Source: Octopus sinensis (taxonomy: Eukaryota). From it: a DNA stretch of 64,000 nucleotides. The translations under genes and the position numbers were made by a program. Below the pieces are notes generated by a model. That model saw only the letters and a program-made list of their open reading frames with translations. It ran no database searches and had not been told where the DNA came from. The stretch spans positions 124,001 through 188,000 of the forward strand of contig NW_021831752.1 of assembly GCF_006345805.1 (NCBI RefSeq), written 5' to 3'. Of this stretch, positions 50,861-62,780 are shown in pieces; the first letter of the stretch is position 1; each line of letters opens with the position of its first letter.

Positions 50861-51024
50861 TTTAAAAGTAGCAACAAGACATGGAAAATTATGCTTGGAT
50901 GAAACAGCTAACAATAATGCTGAAACAAGAAACAGCAACACTCCTTACTTTATAACTATTTCTAGCTGCGAACAATATCAACAACCATCCCACACGGTAT
51001 CCAAGCACACAAATAAAAAGGACT

Positions 51025-51126
51025 AACCTTGTTACGACTTTTACTTTCTTTAAATGAGTAGGCTTGGGTGTCTACTCGCATGCTATAGCACACGATCCAA
51101 CAACCTCACCAAATCATTCATCGGTT

Positions 51127-51159
<33 letters not shown>

Positions 51160-51582
51160 TGTAATCATTGGAGGCTAATGACCTGCAATTACTAGGAATT
51201 CCTTGTGCACGAGGAATAATTACAAGCCTCGATTCCTGCCACGAAGAAATTTTAAGGCTTAGTTCGCTTTTCCAAGCAAAATCCACTCTGTTTTCAAACC
51301 CACTTCGAACGTCTAAGGGCAATCACAGGCCTTTTATTGCTCATTTTCAGATGTTTTTCACACTGATCCTTCTTAGTAGTCGAACAACTAGAATCGAACG
51401 ACTATAGTTAGTAAGTCTGAGTAAGTCTGAGTCTCGTTCGTTATCGGAATAAACCAGACAAATCACTCCACCAACCAACAACGGCCATGCACCACTACCC
51501 ACAGTATCAAGAAAAAGCTATCAGTCTGTCAATCCTCACTGTGTTCGGCCCGGGTGAATTTTTCTGCGTTGAGTCAAATTGA

Positions 51583-51634
<52 letters not shown>

Positions 51635-52585
51635 AACCATACTCCCCCGGAGTCCAAAGACTTTGGTTTCCCGGAAGCCACCCGCTAATGTATTCAAATA
51701 TTATCAGCAGAGTGCTAGTTGGCATCGTTTATAGTTGGAACTACGACAAGATCTAATCGACTTCGATACTCCAACTGTCGTTCTTGATTAATGAAAACAT
51801 TCTTTGCAAATGCTTTCACTGTAGTACGTCCTGCATCGATCTACGAATTTACCTCTAACGGAGCAATACGGATGCCCCCTGGCTGTCTCTGTTAATCATT
51901 ACTTTTGCTATCGTAACCAATAGAAAAGTCTTATTCTATTATTCCATGCTTAAATATTCAAGCAAAATGCTTGCTTTAAGCACTCTATTTTGTTCAAGGT
52001 AAAGCCATAGTCTAACTGTAGCAATGGCCTACTAGCACACCGAGATCCAACTACGAGCTTTTCAACTGCAGCAATTTTAGTATACACTATTGGAACTGGA
52101 ATTGCCACGACTGCTGGCACCAGACTTGCCCTCCAATTGCATTCATTAAAGCTTTTACAGCTATCTCTTTATGCCAAAAGTGGATAATTTACGCACCTGC
52201 TGCAATCCATAGATCTGGCAGCCATTTCTCATTGCCCCTCTCCGGAATCGAACCCTGATTCCCCGTTACCCGTTGTAACCACAGCAAGCCACTACCTCAC
52301 CGTCGAAAATTGATGGGACGGACATCTAATTAATACGTCGCAGCCACTGCCTGTGATCAGCAAGTTTATCCAGAGTCAACTAATTCTAATAATTGCGCTT
52401 TGAGAAGCTATACGCATTATTAGCTCTAGATTTACAACAGTTATCCACCGTCGTGTGAGATTATCAAGTAAGTTATGTCCGATTTAATGAGCCGTTTGCG
52501 GTTCCGCTCATTAGAGAGCATGAACTTACACTTGCATGGCTTAATCTGTAGGATAAGCATGACTATTGGCAGGATCAACCAGCTA
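51025..52585 (-). rRNA. 18S (SSU) rRNA, short and apparently degenerate
   Basis: CTGGTTGATCCTGCCA at the 5' end, GTGCCAGCAG, TTAAAGGAATTGACGGAAGGGCACCACCAGGAGTGGAG, TGCCCTTTGTACACACCGCCCGTC, GTCGTAACAAGGTT at the 3' end; terminal helix 45 absent. Confidence 0.92.
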
Positions 52586-52900
52586 TCTATTATTTCGACT
52601 AGAACGCCAAAAAGGACGTTCAAGTGCAATTCAACAAATACCAGCCTTTAGCTGTTCAAGCCTATATGCAGAACATAGCCACTCGCTCCAACAGTTGCAT
52701 TGGAACAACCCATGAAGCACAATATCGCTTGGGCCAAAATAAAAAGCCATCTGCAATAGGCCCAATAAGAACAACCAGTGCCAACTCTGACTGTAAAAAA
52801 CAACTGTCCATCTCTTGTACTGGTTCAGGCTTATTTTATTAACTACCCGTAACTTACACACGTTCAAACTTTCCACAGATAAAATATAGGTCATATAGAG

Positions 52901-53405
52901 CAGTGGTTCTCAACCTTTATTTTTGTATCGCCCCCTTGGAATTTTTTTCGCCCCTCCAATTTTTATATCGCCCCCTTATTTCATTAGTAAAAATTTTTAT
53001 TTAAAAAATAAGAGTTTTAATGAGATCCTTGTGGTTGATGAAGATTGACAAGTTTTTCAAAATTTGTACTTCTTTTCGTAAGTGTAATTCTAATGTCGCC
53101 TCTTTCTTCTATATTTAGTTTTTTTCTTTTTTTCCGATCATACTATTCAGAGTGCTGAATCCTCTCTCTACGCAGTATGACGTAGGAAAACATAATATTA
53201 TTGGCATCATTTTTTCCCATAATTTCGGGAATTTCATTTTTATAGATTTTTCTCCCCAGAATTGTGTCAGGTTTTCATTTTTAAATTTTATTTTCAGTCC
53301 TTCGTCGTTTTTTAGTTCTATTAATTCTTCTTGACATTCATCATCAGAATCATAATGAATGGGCAACCAAGGATTAATCATCCAATCTATATTATAGAGT
53401 AACAT
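52901..53405 (-). mobile_element. hAT (Charlie/Buster, ZBED8-like) 3' fragment with one TIR
   Basis: TIR CAGTGGTTCTCAACC at 52901; hATC-like WMINPW..QEELIELKNDEGLK..FPKLWEK..FPTSYCVERGFS. Confidence 0.88.
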
Positions 53406-54265
53406 AGTCGGCTGTGGAAAAAAAGAAATGAGAGACTAAATTTTCAAAGCAGTACGTTCAATTCCAATTAACAAAGCAATATTCAAATTTGACAATGAGA
53501 TATTCAATTTTTACACTTTTTCATCGATTTTAACATTTTTATGTTAATTTTGACTTTTGCCGATTAGTCATTTATTTTATATTTTCTGATTCGCCGTTCT
53601 TGTACGAATTTTATGTAAAGAACAAATTTAAGAGTGTCAGAAGCTAAAAGAAGAGCACTTATACATAAGGATGAAGAGGGTGGCGATTATATACAGCTTG
53701 CTCGCGATCTTGGTGTCAAGAGGACAACAGCTATAGCCATTGTAAAAAGGGGAAATCTGTATTTTTGTAAACGTGGAAGTAGAAAGGATTCTATGATTAA
53801 ACATACGGATGAATATATGACTTTGATAATTGAAAAAATTAAGAATAATTCATCGATAACACTGAAGGAATTACGAAAATTGGGAAATAATAAGGTTTGT
53901 ATTGCGACAATATATAACCGACTTGATGGCCGATTGATTACATAAAAAATGCTTCGAAGAGAACCAATTTCCAGAAATAGTCTGGAAATAAAGAAAAATA
54001 TTTTCATTAGATTATCAACTTAGTACAAATAGAAAAATACATTTGAACGAAACAAATTCCAATCTCTTTAAATTAAAAAATTCGGTCGATCCTATATAGG
54101 ATCGCGTGCGATAGTTCGAGTAAAGGAAAACAAAGGATTGAATCCTAACGTCATTTTGGCAATTGATGACAATGGAACAATTGTGAGATTTGAATTACAC
54201 ATTGGATCTATAAAATCTAAATTTAGCAATTTTATGACTGCATTCCTGACAGTTTAGCTTGAAAG
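53406..54265 (+). mobile_element. IS630/Tc1-mariner transposase remnant
   Basis: HTH-like LARDLGVKRTTAIAIVK, ITLKELR..VCIATIYNRLDGRLIT, then degenerate GRSYIGSRAI..KGLNPNVILAI. Confidence 0.7.
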
Positions 54266-54629
54266 GAAATTATTATTTTTTACCGGTTTTTGCCTGGACC
54301 CGGCTTTTGCTCGGACCGCAAGCGTATTTTCAATTTATGTGTGTCCGTTATAAAAATATGCCAAAATATACGCACTAAAATAATTATAATTTTTTGCATT
54401 GTAAATGAGACAAAGTTTCTAATTAATCGAACATCAGACAAAACGGGCTCGCAGGATTGAGAGATAACGAAGGGTGCACAAACGGCCAATTTTGTCAAAA
54501 TTGATCTAAAAAATGTAAATGTTGAATATCATATTGTCAAAATTGATTAAAAAAATGTCAATATTGCTTATCGGGGGTAAGGGAAATATTGGCAAGTTCG
54601 TATTTGCAGCCGTCATGTGACAAATCTCG

Positions 54630-56226
54630 GTAAAGGTCGACGAAAAAATTGTTATTATTGCGATCGCTAATTTTTTTAAACAGAAAAAATTATCAGGAAT
54701 GGAATTCCATACTCTCAGTATTTCGTCTTGTGAGGTCTTTTCATGTGAAACTGATAATTGATCATTTTCAATTATTTCCAAAGTATTTTTTAAATCAACA
54801 AATTTTTGTTTCCAAATATAACTTGAATGTAGATCTATTAGCTGCATTTCCAGATCTTCAAAATTTATCAATTCTAGAATCTTCAGATAAAGTTTATCGA
54901 ATGTAATTAAATCTGGATATATTATAAATTTGGATGTTAGGAAAAATAGTTTTAATTCAACAAATCTCGAAGAAAATTCATGAATTACTGACTGAATTAA
55001 CGATAAAAATTCTAGAATTTGTTTGGATAGATCTATTTTTTCATGGAGAAGTAAATCTAATTTTAGGAATTTTTTAGTATTTTTAAAAAATTTAAAACTG
55101 TTGGAAAGTACTTCAAGGTTAAAAACAACCAATTTGGCCTCAAATGCCTGAATTGAATCAATCGTGTGATATAATAATTCATTACCACCTTGCAAATTCA
55201 AGTTCAATTCATTTAAATGGCACGTAAAATCTGCCAAAAATGTTAATTTAAGGATCCATCCAGGGTCCATTAATTGTGGATACTGATCAATTACTTTTTC
55301 ACTCTGTAAAAATATTTGCACTTCATCCAAACACTGGACAAATCGTTCAAGAACTTTTCCACGGCTCAACCATTTTACGTTGTTATACATCAGTAATCCT
55401 TTTAGCAGATTATAAATATTTATAAAAAACCAATATGTACTGAATTTACTTTACTTTCGTCAACACAAAGGGAAATGAAATTACAAGACTTAATATCTTT
55501 ACTTTGTTGAAGAGAGATATTTTCACTCATTCTTTCCTTTACTGTGTTTCGTGAAAGGGGAAATTTTTTGTATTTTTTCTATAATTTTTGGATTTTCTTT
55601 GAATAAGAATGGTGCACATTTTATCCACTCTTCTTTTATATATTGACCATCAGAAAAAGGCTTCCTATGCTTCGCAATAACATGAGAAATAACGTAACTA
55701 GCACTGATTGAATCAGATTGACTGTTAACGAGTTTTCTGAGTGATTCTGATTGTTGAGAGCTATTTTTAACTAAAATGCAATTGTTTCTCTTTGTTCATC
55801 ATTAGTTTTCTCAGATAATGATTTGTGAATAGTTTGAAAATGGCCTTTTATAAAAGATGTTTGAAAAGCAATCATAACATACATAAAGCTTTGTCTCCTA
55901 AAGATAAAATATTAACCTCTGTTCAGCAATCCATATTCTTTAATTTATGAATTTTGAAATGCTCTGCAATTTGATTTGGCTTGCTTTGATCTTTGACTAA
56001 CAGTATGCTTAAGAACTGACATTTAATAATATAACGTGTAGCGTGTTAAATTATAGGAGGGTTAACCTTATTAAAAATTATTATAATACCATTTTAATAA
56101 AACAAAATGTTAAAATTATTAAAAAGAATTAATAGTTTAAAAAAGAAATTCAAAATTTCAAAATATGCCACTAAAAGTTTCTAAAGTGCCACCCATGCCA
56201 CGCGTGCCAGTGTTTAGCCATCCCTG
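54630..56226 (-). mobile_element. hAT (SPIN/GTF2IRD2-EPM2AIP1-like) element, 3'-truncated
   Basis: 5' TIR CAGGGATGGCTAA at 56226; ORF NVKWLSRGKVLERF..LTFLADFTCHLNELNLNLQG..LEMQLIDLHSS. Confidence 0.88.
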
Positions 56227-56234
56227 ACCTAGAT

Positions 56235-56400
56235 CGACACTCCTGATTTCCTTGAACAAAGACTTAAATCGTTTGAAAAAATTTAAAAACAGCGGACGAC
56301 CTGAACAAATTGATATCACTTCCATTCAACAGTGAAAGATAAAAAAAACTAACTGTAAATATTGCTTCTTCGAGTGTTGCACATGCGGGTCATTATGGCT
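56235..56400 (+). mobile_element. RTE-like LINE tail remnant
   Basis: TLLISLNKDL..LKTADDLNKL parallels the C-terminus of the LINE at ~45.0 kb. Confidence 0.5.
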
Positions 56401-56665
56401 GTTGTGCAATCATATCTCAAGAAAAATCTAAAAAAGTTCAGTAACAAGCTATTCGTAGAGATTTGTGAAATTAATCAATTGAATTAAAACTAATCTATGA
56501 GAGAAAAAAATTAATATCACAAAATAAAGCTTAATATTTTGAAAAAATAGGTTGAAAGACAGACTACCATAACACTTTATTTTCGACCGTTTTAGCAATT
56601 TTAAAGCCATGAAACTCACAAATAATTATTAATCAAATCAAGATAAATAAATTTAAAAGATGAAA

Positions 56666-58072
56666 CTAATTTTCCAAAAAAATAATTTTCGGATCCTCCC
56701 AGGAATATTCATCATAACCAAAATGGCCATAACAAGCAGTACGCTTAAACATGGGACTACGTAAATTCAAACTCCTAGAAAAATAAACCCCAAAAATACT
56801 TGATTATGGCTCCTGGCCTCAAATCAAAGTTTTGCTTGACCAACTGAACCAACCTGGCCTCGGACACCATAGAAGACCCATACGTGAACAAAGAAAGAGA
56901 AGTAGGCTCAGCCACACCAATTGCATAGGAAATCTAATTTGACTAACTCAATCGACCTGCACAAGAACACGTTTACACAGCCCTGACTTAACCAAAGATT
57001 TGGCCACCCAACGAGCAGCATAAGCCCCCGATCTGTCTACTTTGGACGAATCCTTCCCCGACAAAGCACCACCGCCATGTGACCCCCACCCTCCATATGT
57101 GTCCACAATAATCTTCCGACCAGTCAAACCAGCATCAGCCTACAACAATCCAATAACCCTCCCCACCTGAGGACCACCGACCACAAAACTCCCAGAAGGC
57201 TGAAGATACAGCCTGATATTATCAGTGACATATTTTGTAGGAATCACCGACATTATAATATCCCTAAGCTGACTCCGCATAAACTCCAAATCCACTGAGG
57301 GGGCATGTTGGACTGACAACACTACACTATGCACAGAAAGAGGAACCAACCCCCCTCCCCTGCACTCATATTCCACAGTCACCTATAAAATAACACAAAA
57401 AATAAACCTGACTTTTACAGTCTGGACGAATCCAACTATGTTTCCCAGAGCGTCTCCGATTGGCCACTTCTCTTACAAGTTCGTGGGCAATATTACAAGT
57501 AAGTGGCATACAGTTCTCAGTCTCGTCTGTGGCATATCCAAACATGAGTCCCTTTTTTATTGGTTATAAAAAACTTGATCTCCAGCGCCTATTTCTTCTA
57601 ATAAATCATCTTCGGACTCTTCGTGGAACACTCCTTTGTGGATTTCAGGACTTTGGTCCTCAATTGCTAATTGGACGTTGCAGGAGTCAAATCCAATTCC
57701 TTTTTCGGCAGAATCGTATCCAACATCTTTGATTGTCTGGCGAACCACTTTGAAATAGTCAATTTTAGCACTGGACGTGACTTCTCCGAATACCATCACC
57801 ATTCCTGTCTTGACAATACATTCTGTGTGTGAGGAAAGGAGATTACCGCAGGCTACTTGGGAATTGGGGTCTGCAGTGAGGAAGGCGTCGAGGACTGAGT
57901 CGCTGATTATGTCGCATAGTTTGTCTATGGGGGTAAATTGGTTGGAAAGTGACCAGGATGGCCTTCTCCGACTGATTCAGATGTGAAAAGAAAACGAGTA
58001 CCATCAGGACAGGATAATTGCATTATTTTTGTGCACGTGAATTATTTTATTAATTAACTTGAAATTACACAT
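56666..58072 (-). CDS. MAT: S-adenosylmethionine synthase (methionine adenosyltransferase); start uncertain
   Basis: [13 protein letters not shown]^[22 protein letters not shown]^[21 protein letters not shown]^[28 protein letters not shown]-like end. Confidence 0.97.
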
Positions 58073-58272
58073 GTTTAATTTAGTTATATATTATTGTTTA
58101 TTTATATGAATATTAATAATTTTAACGAAATATTAATGTGAAAGTTATCAAAATCCACATCATCAAAAATTCGATTTTTTGGTATTTTTAAAGGCCCTTT
58201 AAAGATGTGGTCATTGAATCCGCAATTAAAACAGACAAAACCGCACAATAATCCCATTTTAATGCAATAAAA

Positions 58273-59426
58273 GGTACATATGTAGTAGTTGGCGGCCACT
58301 TTTTAGCGAATTTTAAAAAAACTATATTTTTTTTGGTGAATAATTACCTTTTTTAAATAATATTACTATAAAAAAATTAATTATTTTTATACAAAATTAT
58401 TAATTATTTTTTTTATTTTAGTTTTGATTCTGGGGGACAATGTAAGGCAATGCACTCCATGATTGTTTCAAATTCTTTCTTTTTGGCTGTCTGTCGCCAA
58501 ATGAACTCCGTAAAATAACTATTAAGGTGTTGTCTGACTGTTCCCCTTTGTTTTCTATTACGCCATTTGGCGCTACTCCACATTCTAAGGAATAATTATA
58601 TAATTGGAAACCTTGAAGATCTTTTGTTGAATAACCCTTCCAGCAGTCTGATATGAGAATGGTGCCTTCTTCTACATTCTCAAGAATAGCCTTCGTAAGG
58701 GTCTTCATTGTTCTGTCAGGTATTGCTTCTAAGAAGCATTGGTTCGTTTCTCTGCAGATTCCGCCGAAAACCCATTGCTCAGGCAACATTCTGCCTCTGT
58801 TGTATTTCCTTTTTGAAAAATGACTTTCGTCAATTTCCACAATCATTCCTTCACCGCCTATTATATTATAAATTTACGCACACCTATTTTGGATCTTTGA
58901 CGAGATGTCAATGATAGCATGCAAATTTCACGCATGTACATTGACCAGTCCACGGTTGTATGTGAAGCCCAACCAAGATTTTCCATGCATATCTCCATAG
59001 AAGATATATTTTTTGCCCACAGGTAGACAAACCGGATTATATCTTCGAATGGTACTTTGGTTCCTGCTAACCACGTTCCTGTTGAGTTTTAATGATATAA
59101 ATACCAGTTTTTAGACTCGATTTACTTCGACAGCCCCTTCTGTAGCAATTCCAAGCCGGAGAGCTGCCAATGTTTAAAGTCATTTGGTGTCCGTTGCGAC
59201 ACACTTTTTTTTGGGATGATTCCTCTGGATTGCATGAAATTGATAGCTTCTGACATATTTGTGGGTAGATTGAATAGATTGACCTCACTTCTCATTAAAT
59301 TAAAGTAGCGTGGGATTTTATTATTTTTATATTGTATTATTTTTAATTATATATTTTTTTAACTAAAAAAAATATAGTTTTTTTAAAATTCGCTAAAAAG
59401 TGGCCGCCAACTACTACATATGTACC
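58273..59426 (-). mobile_element. Merlin element family B, both TIRs present, internal deletion
   Basis: ~60-bp TIRs GGTACATATGTAGTAGTTGGCGGCCACTTTTTAGCGAATT; 8-bp TSD CAATAAAA (58265-58272 and 59427-59434); transposase CRNGH..C..RGC, KIG^GEGMIVEIDESHFSKRKYNRGR..QWVFGG, SDCWKGY. Confidence 0.95.
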
Positions 59427-59539
59427 CAATAAAAATACTTTTGATATTAATATTTAAAGGTACCCTTTTTGTTTTATTCTATTCCATTTAATAATCAACC
59501 TACAAAATCAGATCAAATCAGTTTTTTTGTTTTTAAAAA

Positions 59540-60440
59540 CGTGTGAAAGAGTAATTTTGATTGAAATATGAGTGTCGGTTTTTCGACAGACGCTATGTCT
59601 TTCTTTGTGGGAATTCTAAGAGGGAACGCTTGGCTACTTTCAGCACCCACTCCAGGAATGAATATAAATTGATAATATGAGCTTATAATTACTCATGATT
59701 AAAAAAATTGAGAAAAGGCACTTAAAATATGACATTCGGGCAACTCAGTCAATAAACTCAGTTAAGCCTAACTTGCAAGAGGCTCCTAGCGATTAAGCAT
59801 TAGCTGGAAATTGATATAAATACATAGGACATCCTAGGAAGGTTACTTTAGTAGAGCAAAAGATCCGTATTAATATAGATAATGTAAATCTAATTTGTGA
59901 GACTGAGTGTTCTTTAGAGAACGGCCTTGGAATGATGGAAAGTGTCAATTAAAATGATCAAACATTAATCTGATACTATTATACCAATTCTGACAGTTTT
60001 ATAACTGTTGTCATTGAATAGCTCACTGTCTTAAAAGATCATGTGATCAATAGGTTAATCCTCTCAGTTCCTTTAAACCTTCTCAAAAAATCCTCGACAC
60101 AAAAATCCAGGCAAAAATTGAAATTCATACTTCCAAGATCCGGTTGAGTAGTTTCCCTAACGAAAAATCAAAAACTCATTTTCTTCCTAATGGAGTCCCT
60201 CAGTGATCTCCCTCATCACTTGATCAGTTTAATTAATTCTTCAGTTTAATGTCTAATTCTCTTCTATGTTGATGATATCAGCCATTCTAGCAAGGTTTTC
60301 CACCTTTTGTATAATTTTATGAAAAACATAAAACACTTTGAGTCAGACTTATCATTTTTTGAATAAAATATAAATATCGTCTCAATTACAACATTCCAAG
60401 ACTCACTTTCCATTCTGCCAGCTCTATTAACAGTTTTTAT
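59540..60440 (+). mobile_element. Heavily decayed LINE reverse-transcriptase remnant
   Basis: KIRLSS..FLPNGVPQ resembles the RT GVPQG motif; many stops. Confidence 0.3.
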
Positions 60441-61153
60441 CGTTTTAGAATAGCCGAAAACAGCACAAATACTAAATTAATACTCATTTCAAATGTTTTA
60501 GATAAGAATTATTAACTAAACTTGTTCATTTGTTCAAATTTGGCTGCAAAAACTTTTTTGTGAAATTTTCTGCGTTTTATTGCTAGGAAGAACCAGGGAG
60601 TATCCCCGCTACAATTATTTTGTGTTATTAAAGCCTATTTGTTTTATTTTAATCACAAACTAAAAACTAGATTGACTAAAAATGGGTTGGGTGGTTCTGA
60701 AATAAAAAATGAACATTAATATTTCTGATTGTTGAATCTTTAGGCAAATTATAGTCGATTCCGATAAAAAATTGAAATTATTGACGAAATCAGAATTTGC
60801 ATTAAAATGGAGGTTTATGATAAAATAAAGTTTGGACGACATTTTTATCACTGGAAAGGCTATCGAAATATTAAAGGAGGACAGAAGACTAAAGTTTTTA
60901 TTATTAAATTTATTTAAAATATTAAATTAATTAAAAATTTTAACTATATTAAATTAAGTTATAAAAAAGTTGGAACTATTGTATTTTAACTTGGCCATTG
61001 AGTGTTTTTATTTCCTATTATATTTACGTAAATATAATCTCAATTTCAAATCCAACAATATTATATCTTTTTACATTTAATATAAAAAATATTTAGTAAT
61101 AATACATTTTAATATTAGTATAAATCCTCAATCATTCCCTACTAGCTTGTTCA

Positions 61154-62780
61154 ATGAGTACTGCCAAACCACGGAAAAAAACCCAAGATACACCCACGTG
61201 CGTTGTATGCCACACTGGCGGGCACCTATTAGACTGTACAAAGTGCAGACGACTGACCCACACACAGTGCAGGTTATCCGATTCATCTTACCCTTCTAGG
61301 AGGAACATGAGCAAAAAAATAGCCAACATAAAGAAATGGAATTGTACTGAATGTTTGTCGAATAATCCTGAGGTGATTAAAACCTTCTATTTCTTCTAGA
61401 ACGGAGGATTGTCCTCTAAAAACAACAATTCAGCCACACTAGCACGGATTCTGTCCTCCAGAGCCTCCTTGAATGAGAATTTTAGTCACATTCTCGGCAA
61501 AAAACTCACCTTCCCGATGATGTCTGAGGTCGGTCCTAAAAAAGGCTCAAATAAGTAGATCCTGACCAACAAAATGGCAAATTGGACTACTTCCAACTTC
61601 CAATGCCCAGAACCTCTAATCCGTGAATATATCGACTCTGTCGACATCCGTCCTAAGGAAACACGGTCCCTTAAACGTATATGACTGAATCATGTCAAGG
61701 AAACGGTCATCCGAAACGTGTCATTCGGAGGACTGCCAACTCGGAGGAAACTCGTGATTCAATTTGTCACTTTTGTTGCAAGTCAGTTATTCATAAAATG
61801 GCAAAGGAACTGTCAATTGGGAGAGTTATGTCGATGTGATTACTGCAATTTGTTATTTCATGGAGATTGTCTTGAGTGTGGATATCCTCCACCGCGGAAT
61901 AACGTGCCGTGGATGTGTCCTCTCCACCCTGAACATGTCGTGGTTAGTTGTTGCCCCACAAGTCATAGGATGCCTTATTTCCTACCAGAAGTATCACAAA
62001 GAGGACTAAAAATATGAGGAAATATGCTCGTTGTTCTGTCAATGCTGACCACGTTTGGACAAGATTTAGAACAACAGGCCGTAATCCTGCACCCCAGCCA
62101 GGGAGTGGGTCTCCTTACAAGGTTGGCTGATATGGGGTCATTGTAGGTCCCTCAAGTAGTGAAGGCTATGTATAAAGGCACATCACGTGTTTTTAATGAG
62201 GAAATAAATCAGGAAATGACTGAAAAGAGTAATCAGGGGATTAAATTACTGGCATATGAGAATGGTAGGTTAAAAGGTAAAATGTAGTATTAAAATGCTC
62301 GTCGGGGGCGTATTTGTTATATTATGAACGTCCAGGGAATCTGACTCGATTCTATCCGATCGAATTTGAATTGACGATTGGGACAGGTTAGAATAATGTG
62401 TTTGTAATGATTAGAGGACAGTTGTAGTGTCAGACTGGATAGACTTTATCCAGCATGTCGAAGAATATCCCAAACACATGCCTCAGTGTTTTACGACTCA
62501 TATACAGACACATATGAACTAGTGAACTATAGTCGATTTGGGACTATTGTGGATCAGATTGCTTATTGCAACGGACATTCACGAGTGGTTTGTTGTTGAT
62601 TTATTGTAGGATGACGATGTGGGGTGTATGTGTAGTCCTCAACATGATTTGGGCGTGGAAGGGAACGAGGAAGCTGCCCATATTCTCCATGGATCCTCCA
62701 TCAAAGTATTTTATTCAGAGTTTATTGTTTAGATTGGATGCGCTGAATTTATATTCTCGATTTTGTCTGAGAATGAGTGA
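61154..62780 (+). CDS. PHF12: PHD finger protein 12 (Pf1)-like: two PHD fingers plus a C-terminal FHA-like domain
   Basis: PHD1 [26 protein letters not shown]; PHD2 [25 protein letters not shown]; [42 protein letters not shown]^IGCAEFIFS. Confidence 0.88.

Noticed and set aside
50517-52894. Short ORFs within the rDNA block
   Set aside because: Chance ORFs overlapping rRNA and spacer sequence
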